From: a virus
Lineage: Duplodnaviria > Caudoviricetes
Reading direction: 5' to 3' (one strand)
Length of the DNA: 35,102 nt
IMG/VR virus record: IMGVR_UViG_3300031628_000015
Span: 1-35,102 of that record
Part shown: in pieces, positions 9,833-18,411 of the stretch
How the letters are laid out: each line of letters starts with the position of its first letter
Numbering within the stretch: the first letter of the stretch is position 1
Position numbers and translations under genes: made by a program
The notes under the pieces: model-generated
What the model was told of the DNA's origin: nothing
Seen by the model: the letters and a program-made list of their open reading frames with translations, nothing else
Databases searched by the model: none

Positions 9833-10755
9833 TGGCATATATATCAGAATATAAATATTGGACAAACGATAATACAACTCCACAGGATGCTAATTGGGGT
9901 TCGTATCAGTATGTAAGTTTAGCTGATATCGTGACTAACTTTTTATTAATGTATGATGGAAATCATTCTTTAGTAAATAACGAAGAAAGATACAAAATAT
10001 TATTTCATGCAAAACGAGCTGTAATGGAATTAAATTATGATGCATTTAAAGAAATAAAAGCATTAGAACTACAAGTTGGAGACCAACTAAGATTTACCTT
10101 ACCCGCTGATTATGTGAGTTGGGTGAGAATATCATTATCTATAAATGGTGTTTTAAGACCATTGCAAGAAAACATACAAATTAATAGTGCATCAGCTTAT
10201 CTGCAAGATAATAATGCAAACATATTGTTTGACCAAAATGGCAATATTTTAAAACCTGAAAATTCAGAGTTTACAAAAGAAAGATTAGCTAGCACACAAA
10301 GAACAATGTATATACAACAAAACTCACCTTTTAATGGGCGAATGGGTTATAATATAAATGGTGCATGGGCTTTTGATATGAGTATAGGTGCATCTTGGGG
10401 ATTAAACACAGAAACAGCTAATTCCAATCCTACATTTCGTATAGATAAAAAAGCAGGTGTAATTAATTTTAGTTCTGCTATGAATAATCAGTTGTGTATT
10501 TTAGAATATATTACTGATGGTATGGAAAATGGAGATGACAGTTTAGTTACAGTTAATAAAATGTTTGAAGATTATGTTTATGCATACATACAATATGCAA
10601 TATTAAATAGTAAATTAGGCGTTCAAGAATATATTGTTAATAGAGCTAAGAAAAACAAAAGTGCTTTATTAAGAAATGCTAAAATTAGATTAAGTAATAT
10701 TCATCCGGGTCGTCTTATACAAAATATGAGAGGTCAAGATAAATGGATAAAGTAA
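9832..10755 (+). CDS. putative second ring/adaptor structural protein
   Basis: 307 aa; TLPADYVSWVRIS and LEYITDG adaptor-like motifs; 1-nt stop/start overlap with the previous gene. Confidence 0.6.
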   Translation: MAYISEYKYWTNDNTTPQDANWGSYQYVSLADIVTNFLLMYDGNHSLVNNEERYKILFHAKRAVMELNYDAFKEIKALELQVGDQLRFTLPADYVSWVRISLSINGVLRPLQENIQINSASAYLQDNNANILFDQNGNILKPENSEFTKERLASTQRTMYIQQNSPFNGRMGYNINGAWAFDMSIGASWGLNTETANSNPTFRIDKKAGVINFSSAMNNQLCILEYITDGMENGDDSLVTVNKMFEDYVYAYIQYAILNSKLGVQEYIVNRAKKNKSALLRNAKIRLSNIHPGRLIQNMRGQDKWIK

Positions 10756-10758
10756 TAT

Positions 10759-13700
10759 ATGGCTACTACTCAAAGAAATTTTATACAAGGTAAAATGAAT
10801 AAAAGCGTTGATGAACGCTTAATTCCTAATGGACAATATATAGATGCGTTAAATGTAAGGCTAGGCTCAACAGAGGCATCAGAAATAGGTTCAGTAGAAA
10901 ACTCAAAAGGAAATACTCAAATAACTACACTTTCATTCAATGGAACAGCTTTAAGTGCATCGGCAAGATGTATTGGAGCTTTTGAAGATGGTGCAGAAGA
11001 AACTATTTACTTTTTTGTACATGACCCTGCTTATACTGTAGGGACAACAGGAAAACTTGATATGATAGTTTCTTTTGATGTACAATCTAATACAACAACA
11101 TACCATTTAATATCTTTAAAAGAAGGTGCATCAGGAGTAAACACTACTTTAAATTTTAATCCTGCTAATTTAATTACAGGGATTAATAAAGTAGAAAATT
11201 TAATATTTTTTACAGACAATATAAATCCTCCAAGATTTTTTAACGTAACTAGAAATTATGAAAACCCGTTTAACTTAATAGATGTATTTACAGCTGAATC
11301 AATATTGGTTATAAAAAAACCACCTATTGCTAGTCCACCTATAACATTAATACAAAGTCAAGCTAGTAATAATTATTTAGAAAACAAGTTTTTATGTTTT
11401 GCTTACAGATATGAATATTCTGATGACGATTTTTCGGCAACATCTCAATGGTCTAAACCTGCTTTTTTGCCTAAAGGTTTTTTATTAAACGGTGATATCT
11501 TAAATGACGGTATGTTAAACAATAGAAATACTGTAAACGTATCTTTTAACACAGGTAGTTCTTTAGTAAAATCTATAGAAGTATTATTTAAAGAATCAGG
11601 TGGTACATTAATAAATGTTATAGATAAATTTGTAAAAATACAAGAAGGATATAATGATAATGAAGAGGTAAGTATAGTATTTGATTCAAATCAAATATTT
11701 ACTATATTACCTGTAGACCAATTAGGACGTTTATATGATAATGTTCCTTTGTTAGCAAAAGCACAAACTTTAATTGGTAATCGTTTAATTTACGGAAATT
11801 ATTATGAAGGATATGATTTAGTTGATGTAAATAAAGAGGTTTGTAATTTTACTTACACACCTACATTAGTCAGTCAATCAATTGGTGTTTCTGACGTAAC
11901 GCCAACACTTTCAGATGGTGATTATACTATTAGTGGAAGTTCAGTAACTATTGCACAAACTGTTGCATCAATAGATTTATCAAATTTATTATTAAAAGTA
12001 GGAGCTCAGTTTACACTAGATTTTACATTTAATCATGATAGTTTTACCGGTGGTACAGCTCCGGGTTCAACTGTAAATAATGTAGACATGAGTTTTGTTT
12101 TTACATTAGCAACAAACTATACTAGTGTAAACAACATGATTAACTCAGTTGAATTTCAAGCTTTAATTGGAGCTGTGGGAGTAAATCAAGCTATAGCAAA
12201 CGCTTGTACATTGGGCACTACATGGACAGACATATGGAACTGTGATATGCCTAATACATTAGATACATTATTTGCATATACCTCCGGAATTAATACAGGC
12301 AATCCATATCCGGGAGTTGGTGCTATACAAAGTACTGTTGTTGGTAATGTTGTTTCTTTTCAATTTCCTGCTATGGTTTGGGTTGATAATATAGCAACAC
12401 CAACTAATACTGTATTTGAGTTTTTTACTATAGCCATAGCATCTGCTACATGGCAAGATATTAGTGAAACAGAAAGTTTACATAGTGATAGAGATTATTC
12501 TCTTGGTATTGTTTATATGGATGAATTTAATCGTTCATCTACAGCTATATTAGCTCCTAATTCTACAGTTCATGTTTCTTGTGGATTATCTGATACAAAA
12601 AACACTATTACAGCAAATATACCTGTGGACATGAAACCTCCTTTTTGGGCAAAAAGATATAAATTTGTTTTAAAACCATCAGCAGGAAGTTATGAAACTA
12701 TTTATTGTAATCAGTTTTTTAATGACCCTGCTTCAGTTGCTTCATATTTTTTATTAGAAGGAGAGAATGCTCAAAAAGTTTCTGAAGGAACAAGACTTTC
12801 AGTTAAATCAGATACAAGTGGTCCTTTATTAAGATGTGCAACTACTGTTGTATTAGAGAAAAAAGCTCAAGCAGAAGATTTTATTGAATTACCCAATGTA
12901 TTAACTATTCCTGCAGGTGTTTATGTAAAAATGAATACAAATGATTTTAATGCTGTTGTAGACCCTAAATCGTCTTTTAGTAGAAAGAGAAGTGATTTTA
13001 CTGACAACTCAGGCACAAGTTCTTTTGTAACGGTGTCATTTGCTGAAAAATTATATCAAGCTAGTCCATCTACAAATATAGATATTCCTGCAGGCTCAAA
13101 AGTTAGATTTGAGTTTGAGTTTAAAAGAAGAGGTACGGGAGATGGTAATAATAATTGTAATAGACGTATATATAAATTAGAAATTAATGTAGTATCTAAT
13201 GCGGCTTATACAGATATTATAAATTTTTGGGTTGGTGAAAATATTGCTCAATATTTAAATGATGGTTCATGGACAGGTGGTTCTACATCTGCAGCAAATC
13301 CTCCTAATAATACTTATTTAGCTACTGTAGCAACACCTACGTTCGCTGTATCAGAGTTAGGTCCTACAAGAGCTCAGGCTCAAATGAGTGGGTTTAATGC
13401 AGGTGATTTAGATAATAATAAATGGCGTTTTGTAATTAACCAAACAAATGGTGAAATATTTTTAGCTTGTACAGGTACAATATCTTGTTCAGGTGTAGGT
13501 CAAAGAGATAAGAGAAGGTCTACAGCAACTGTAGAATATACAATATTCAGAACTGACGATACAATGATATTTGAAACTGAACCACAACCTGCTATACAAG
13601 ATGTGTGGTATGAAGGAGACCAAAGTTATCCTATTATACCTTCAACAGGGTTACATGGTGGTGGAACAAATGCGCAAATATTAGCAGGTAATAGAACTCA

Positions 13701-15255
13701 AACTACAACTGTTTCAGCTATTATAAAAACTACGCTGTTTAATTGTTATGCTTTTGGTAATGGAGCAGAAAGTATACAAATAAGAGATTCTATTCAAGGT
13801 CCGGAAGTTTTTATTGGTAATAGAGTTATAACTGTAGCAGAACAAGACTATAGAGAAGCACATAGATTTTCTGATTTAACTTTTAGTGGGCGTTATAGTG
13901 ATGAAGCTAATGTTAATAGATTAAATGAATTTAATTTTAGTACACAAAACTTTAAAAATTTAGAAGACTCATTTGGTCCTGTACAAAAATTATTTGGTCG
14001 TAAGACTGATATACTTGTGTTACAAGAAGATAAAATTTCATATGTTTTAGCGGGCAAGAATTTAATTTCTGATGCTGCAGGGGGTGGTGCTATAACTACT
14101 AATCCGCAAGTTTTAGGAACTCAAATTGCAAGAGAAGAAGTTTATGGTATTAGTAATAATCCTGAAAGTTTTGTGTGTTATGGTTATGACAAATATTTTA
14201 CTGATTCTAAAAGAGGTGCTGTGTTACAACTTAAAGGAACAAGTGCTCAAAATGAAAAACTAACTGTTATTTCAGAAAGCGGAATGAGAGGTTGGTTTAG
14301 AGATTTGTTTATTGATTCTTTTTCTACACAAAAACTAGGTGGTTATGACCCTTACATGAATGAATATGTTTTAGGAAGCAATTGTATAAAGTTACCTGCA
14401 GAGGCTCAAACAGAGAAATGTGGCATAACTACTCAATATGATTTACTAGAACCGGCTGAACCTCAATCATTTACTGTAGAATTAGGAGAACAAGTAGGTA
14501 TTGTAACACTTGCATGGTTAGCTCCTATATTAGGTGGAGGCACAACATTTACAATAGATGCTGTTTATAACGGAACTACATTTACATCAGGTCCAATAAC
14601 TAGTTCATCTTCATTAACATTTGACAAAAATAGTTTAACTGTTACAACTGCTTTTATAACTGTGTCAGCACAAGGTGGAAATGTCGGTGGTTTATCTTTA
14701 ACAGTTAGTTGTCCTGCTGCGCCAATTATAAAAGTAAGAACTATTGTAGTTACTAGCTCTGCAAATGCAAATGCATTAATAACAAGATATTATGGATATT
14801 CACAAGGCTCTTATAGTGGACCTTTAATTTCACAACAAATACCATTTGTATCAGGAAGTTTTGTTCCATTAGTTTCTAGTTATATTGAAACAACAGGAGG
14901 ACAAGGAACAGCTTCTATTCCTGTTAATGGTTCTATAGTACAACTAGGAACAGTACTAAAACCAAATGACGATTATGTATTTAATGTAGCTCAAGATAAA
15001 TTTGGATTTTTAAGAAGTGATACAAATTATCAAAATAATCCTGCAAGTATAAATGCATTATTTGATGAAATTCAATCAGTAAGTCAATTTTTAACAACTG
15101 ATGTAACGTTAGCACCACAAAAATATTTTAGTACTTTTACAATGCCAAATGATACAACTGAATATTTATATTTAGTATATGATTTGAGAACAGCTACGCA
15201 ACTACAAATGTGTTATTCATCTACAGATGCATCTGATGCATGTTGTGGATGTTAA
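10759..15255 (+). CDS. tail nozzle/stabilisation protein (P22 gp10-like / crAss muzzle-like), N-terminal major part plus appended beta-rich domains
   Basis: N-terminus GKMNKSVDERLIP.GQY.DALNVR...GSVEN; FFTDN.NPPR; AKAQ..IGNRLIYGNY; YGISNNPESF...YFTD.KRGAVL; GGYDPY..EYVL; 1498 aa, beta-rich. Confidence 0.75.
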   Translation: MATTQRNFIQGKMNKSVDERLIPNGQYIDALNVRLGSTEASEIGSVENSKGNTQITTLSFNGTALSASARCIGAFEDGAEETIYFFVHDPAYTVGTTGKLDMIVSFDVQSNTTTYHLISLKEGASGVNTTLNFNPANLITGINKVENLIFFTDNINPPRFFNVTRNYENPFNLIDVFTAESILVIKKPPIASPPITLIQSQASNNYLENKFLCFAYRYEYSDDDFSATSQWSKPAFLPKGFLLNGDILNDGMLNNRNTVNVSFNTGSSLVKSIEVLFKESGGTLINVIDKFVKIQEGYNDNEEVSIVFDSNQIFTILPVDQLGRLYDNVPLLAKAQTLIGNRLIYGNYYEGYDLVDVNKEVCNFTYTPTLVSQSIGVSDVTPTLSDGDYTISGSSVTIAQTVASIDLSNLLLKVGAQFTLDFTFNHDSFTGGTAPGSTVNNVDMSFVFTLATNYTSVNNMINSVEFQALIGAVGVNQAIANACTLGTTWTDIWNCDMPNTLDTLFAYTSGINTGNPYPGVGAIQSTVVGNVVSFQFPAMVWVDNIATPTNTVFEFFTIAIASATWQDISETESLHSDRDYSLGIVYMDEFNRSSTAILAPNSTVHVSCGLSDTKNTITANIPVDMKPPFWAKRYKFVLKPSAGSYETIYCNQFFNDPASVASYFLLEGENAQKVSEGTRLSVKSDTSGPLLRCATTVVLEKKAQAEDFIELPNVLTIPAGVYVKMNTNDFNAVVDPKSSFSRKRSDFTDNSGTSSFVTVSFAEKLYQASPSTNIDIPAGSKVRFEFEFKRRGTGDGNNNCNRRIYKLEINVVSNAAYTDIINFWVGENIAQYLNDGSWTGGSTSAANPPNNTYLATVATPTFAVSELGPTRAQAQMSGFNAGDLDNNKWRFVINQTNGEIFLACTGTISCSGVGQRDKRRSTATVEYTIFRTDDTMIFETEPQPAIQDVWYEGDQSYPIIPSTGLHGGGTNAQILAGNRTQTTTVSAIIKTTLFNCYAFGNGAESIQIRDSIQGPEVFIGNRVITVAEQDYREAHRFSDLTFSGRYSDEANVNRLNEFNFSTQNFKNLEDSFGPVQKLFGRKTDILVLQEDKISYVLAGKNLISDAAGGGAITTNPQVLGTQIAREEVYGISNNPESFVCYGYDKYFTDSKRGAVLQLKGTSAQNEKLTVISESGMRGWFRDLFIDSFSTQKLGGYDPYMNEYVLGSNCIKLPAEAQTEKCGITTQYDLLEPAEPQSFTVELGEQVGIVTLAWLAPILGGGTTFTIDAVYNGTTFTSGPITSSSSLTFDKNSLTVTTAFITVSAQGGNVGGLSLTVSCPAAPIIKVRTIVVTSSANANALITRYYGYSQGSYSGPLISQQIPFVSGSFVPLVSSYIETTGGQGTASIPVNGSIVQLGTVLKPNDDYVFNVAQDKFGFLRSDTNYQNNPASINALFDEIQSVSQFLTTDVTLAPQKYFSTFTMPNDTTEYLYLVYDLRTATQLQMCYSSTDASDACCGC

Positions 15256-15265
15256 AATTTAAATT

Positions 15266-16237
15266 ATGGGTATAACAGTAAATTATTATTTAGACGGAAC
15301 AACTTTTGCAAATGCAACTAAAATATATACAGATGCAGGTTTGACAAATCTAGCTCCTAATGGATTTTATTCTGTTGGAGGAAAATATCGTCAACAAACA
15401 GGAGGTATTTTAGCATCAGAAAACATATGTCCTGCATGTAATGAAGGATGTGCTTCAAGTCCAACTTCAACAGGAGAAGGAAGTTTCTTTTTTAATAGTT
15501 TACCGGCAGGCATATATAGTATAAAAATAAATACAGGTACAGCTGTAGGATTAATAAGACCATATATCGCACAATTAAACAATGAAGTAATTGGTATTCA
15601 GGTTCTTCACAATGGTGTACTATATAATGATTGGGTTAATGATGGCGGATATCAATCTCCGGGAGGTAATAATCCTTGTTGGATAGGTGACGGTTCAGGA
15701 ACTCCTACTCCTCCTGCAGCAGGTACTTCTTTTACAAATCAACCTGTATATACATGGGATGGAACTCAATGGGTTCAGGGCGGTAATGCGGGATATAGTG
15801 TAAATAACCCTACAAACTATTCTGCTGCAACTACTTTTAATTCTTGGTGTGGTAATGTGTCAAAAACAGTAAACAATATAAACCAACAAGATGTAGATAT
15901 AACAGTTTTTATACCACCGGGTACGCCTTTAGCTAGTTTTAATCTTGTTATACAATGTCCTTTTTTACTACCTGCAATATCTTTCAATTCAACAGTACAG
16001 GCAAATCCTGTTGATGCTTGTAATTTATCAACTACACCTAACTCATTCTTTTTTGGTGGTGGTGCTAGTGTTTCTACAACAACCGTATCTATTAATGGGT
16101 TTGCTTATACAAATCAATTTGCATCAAGTGGTACATTAGCAGCGGGATATTATAAAATAAATGACGGAACAACTAATCAAACTATGCAAGTTGATGTTAA
16201 CGGGGTTGTAATAGCACTTGGAACATGTCCACCTTAA
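15266..16237 (+). CDS. Cys/Gly/Thr-rich tail decoration or receptor-binding protein
   Basis: 323 aa, very low charge, rich in G/T/N/P with many Cys; lies inside the nozzle locus. Confidence 0.55.
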   Translation: MGITVNYYLDGTTFANATKIYTDAGLTNLAPNGFYSVGGKYRQQTGGILASENICPACNEGCASSPTSTGEGSFFFNSLPAGIYSIKINTGTAVGLIRPYIAQLNNEVIGIQVLHNGVLYNDWVNDGGYQSPGGNNPCWIGDGSGTPTPPAAGTSFTNQPVYTWDGTQWVQGGNAGYSVNNPTNYSAATTFNSWCGNVSKTVNNINQQDVDITVFIPPGTPLASFNLVIQCPFLLPAISFNSTVQANPVDACNLSTTPNSFFFGGGASVSTTTVSINGFAYTNQFASSGTLAAGYYKINDGTTNQTMQVDVNGVVIALGTCPP

Positions 16238-16247
16238 AAAATAAATT

Positions 16248-17081
16248 ATGAGTTGTATAAATTACACATTAAGTTATAGTGAAGGAGTTCAAGGATTTCC
16301 TTCTTTTTATTCTTATCATCCTGATTTTATGATTGGTATGAATAATTATTTTTATTCTTTTAACAAAGGAAATTTATGGAGACATAATACTAATGAGAGA
16401 AGAAATTCATATTATGGAATAGATTATAATTCTCAAATTACAAGTGTTTTTAATGAGTCTCCGTTAGAAAATTTTGTGTTTAAAACAATTAGTTTAGAAT
16501 CAGATGATGCATGGTCAGTAGATTTCTTTAGTGATATTCAATTAACAGGATTTATTAATGCCTCATCTTTTATAAAAAAAGAAGGCGCATGGTTTGCTTA
16601 CTTACGAAATGAAGGAGCTACAGAAGGGGTGGGAACTCCAATAGACAGCGGTCAGTATCCTTTACGTTCTATATTAGGTATAACTAATAGTACAGCAAGA
16701 GGTGGTAGTACCGCTAATCCTATTGTTCAGTTTAATATAGGAATAAATAGTGATTTAGATTCTTACATTAATCCTCAAATTAATATTAATGATTTTTTAT
16801 ATCATAGTAATTTAACAGCCACACCACCTGAATTAACTTATGCAGGAAAAATTGAATCTATTAATTATTCACCTATTAATGGTGTTGTTAGTATAACAAT
16901 AGATGCTACAGGAGCTGCTGTAATACCTGCGGGTACTTTGTACTTTGCAGCTGTAAAAAATCAAATTGCAGAGTCATATGGTATATTAGGGCACTATGGA
17001 AGATTTAAATTAACAAACTCCTCTATCTTAGCCACAGAATTATTTGCTGTTGAGTCTGATGTCATGAAAAGTTATCCTTAA
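16248..17081 (+). CDS. nozzle/stabilisation protein C-terminal portion encoded as a separate gene
   Basis: TLSYSEGVQGFPSFYSY.PD.MIGMNN.FYSF.KGNLW.H...FN..P...VFKTISLES...KKEG.WF...ELFAV.S: motifs I recall as the C-terminal part of crAss-like stabilisation proteins. Confidence 0.6.
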   Translation: MSCINYTLSYSEGVQGFPSFYSYHPDFMIGMNNYFYSFNKGNLWRHNTNERRNSYYGIDYNSQITSVFNESPLENFVFKTISLESDDAWSVDFFSDIQLTGFINASSFIKKEGAWFAYLRNEGATEGVGTPIDSGQYPLRSILGITNSTARGGSTANPIVQFNIGINSDLDSYINPQININDFLYHSNLTATPPELTYAGKIESINYSPINGVVSITIDATGAAVIPAGTLYFAAVKNQIAESYGILGHYGRFKLTNSSILATELFAVESDVMKSYP

Positions 17082-17087
17082 AATTAG

Positions 17088-17095
17088 TATCTTTG
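17088..17095 (+). promoter_or_regulatory. Bacteroidota -7 promoter box (TATCTTTG) for the ejection-protein operon
   Basis: Exact TAnnTTTG in a 20-nt intergenic gap, ending 6 nt before ATG 17102. Confidence 0.65.
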
Positions 17096-17101
17096 CTTTA
17101 A

Positions 17102-17512
17102 ATGAAATTTAATGTAAGGGTACTTAAAAAAAACGACTATGATGATATTTTAGTTGGATGGTGGAAAGATTGGGGTTGGACTCCTCCTATTAAAGATTTT
17201 TTACCTTTAGACGGGGTAGGTGGTATTATGGTAGAGTGGGATGATATACCTGTTTGTGCAGGTTTTATTATTCAAACTAATAGTAAAGTAGCATGGATAG
17301 AATGGATTGTATCTAATAAAAATTTTAAAGAAAAGCTTCATAGAAAAGATGCTTTAAACTTATTAGTACAAACATTAACTGATGTAGCTAAAAAAACAGG
17401 TAGTACATATGCGTATACAATACTTAAAAGTCCTTCTTTAATAAACATATACAAAAATAATGGTTATTTAGGAACAGAACAAAATATTAATGAGATGATA
17501 AAAAAAATATAA
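17102..17512 (+). CDS. GNAT-fold (acetyltransferase-like) protein, positional analogue of T7 gp13
   Basis: PVCAGFI..TNSKVAWIEWIVSN...ALNLLV..L...AK..G...AY.......LINIYKNNGY beta/alpha pattern; sits between nozzle and ejection genes. Confidence 0.6.
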   Translation: MKFNVRVLKKNDYDDILVGWWKDWGWTPPIKDFLPLDGVGGIMVEWDDIPVCAGFIIQTNSKVAWIEWIVSNKNFKEKLHRKDALNLLVQTLTDVAKKTGSTYAYTILKSPSLINIYKNNGYLGTEQNINEMIKKI

Positions 17513-17513
17513 T

Positions 17514-18407
17514 ATGGCATTAGCAACTACAACAGCTATTTTAGCAGCAGCGTCACTTGCACTATCAGCCGGAACTACTGTGGTTTCAGGTGTACAAGCA
17601 GCGAAGCAAAGAAAAATAATGGAAGGTGCAGAAGGAGAAGCAGAGAAATATATGGAGGATGCAAGAGATAGATTAGATATTAATACATATGAGGAGCTTA
17701 GTATCAATAGAGATATATATGATAAAGAAAGAGATACTCTTGCAGCAGTAGGAGAGTCATATGTTGAATTGACAGCAAATCAAGATAGAGCAGGAGGTAA
17801 TGTACAAAATGTATTTAATGCTGTTCAATCAGGTAATGAAAAAATATCTATGCGAGAAGCTAAAGAAGTAGATAGGTTAAATCTTGAGGTTGCTGATGAA
17901 GAAACTAGATTGCTTGATATTGGAACTCAATTAGACTTAGGTGAAGTTGTGGGTGCTCAACAAAAAGCAGCTGATGCTGAAGCAAAAGCAACAGCTTTTA
18001 AAGGAGATTTTATTGAAGGAGCAATAAATACAGCCATGAAAGGTGTAGAGATTGGTGTGCCTTTATATAAAAAATCACAACAGACTAAAGCATTAAAAGG
18101 AACAGGAGCAGCAGATATCCAAACAAATATTGCAGGTGGTAATATAGGAAAGATGCAGGTTTCAGAAACCGACAAACAAATGATAGCAGGTTTGAAAGGA
18201 ACAGAATTAAATGAATTTTTAAAGACTAAGTTTTCAGGAGCTAATATGCAATATATGTTAGACCCTACTAAAGGAAACTTTAACGCATACTCACCACCTG
18301 CTATGCAAGCAGTTAATAATTCTAACACTTTAAACGCAGGTGCACTTCAAGGACTTGGATTATCTTCAGACAAAATAGAACAAATTTTAGCATTAATCAA
18401 GGGATAA
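17514..18407 (+). CDS. putative DNA ejection (pilot) protein 1
   Basis: Ala-rich hydrophobic N-terminus followed by coiled coil, as in T7 gp14/P22 gp7-like proteins; first of three size-increasing genes. Confidence 0.6.
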   Translation: MALATTTAILAAASLALSAGTTVVSGVQAAKQRKIMEGAEGEAEKYMEDARDRLDINTYEELSINRDIYDKERDTLAAVGESYVELTANQDRAGGNVQNVFNAVQSGNEKISMREAKEVDRLNLEVADEETRLLDIGTQLDLGEVVGAQQKAADAEAKATAFKGDFIEGAINTAMKGVEIGVPLYKKSQQTKALKGTGAADIQTNIAGGNIGKMQVSETDKQMIAGLKGTELNEFLKTKFSGANMQYMLDPTKGNFNAYSPPAMQAVNNSNTLNAGALQGLGLSSDKIEQILALIKG

Positions 18408-18411
18408 TAAT

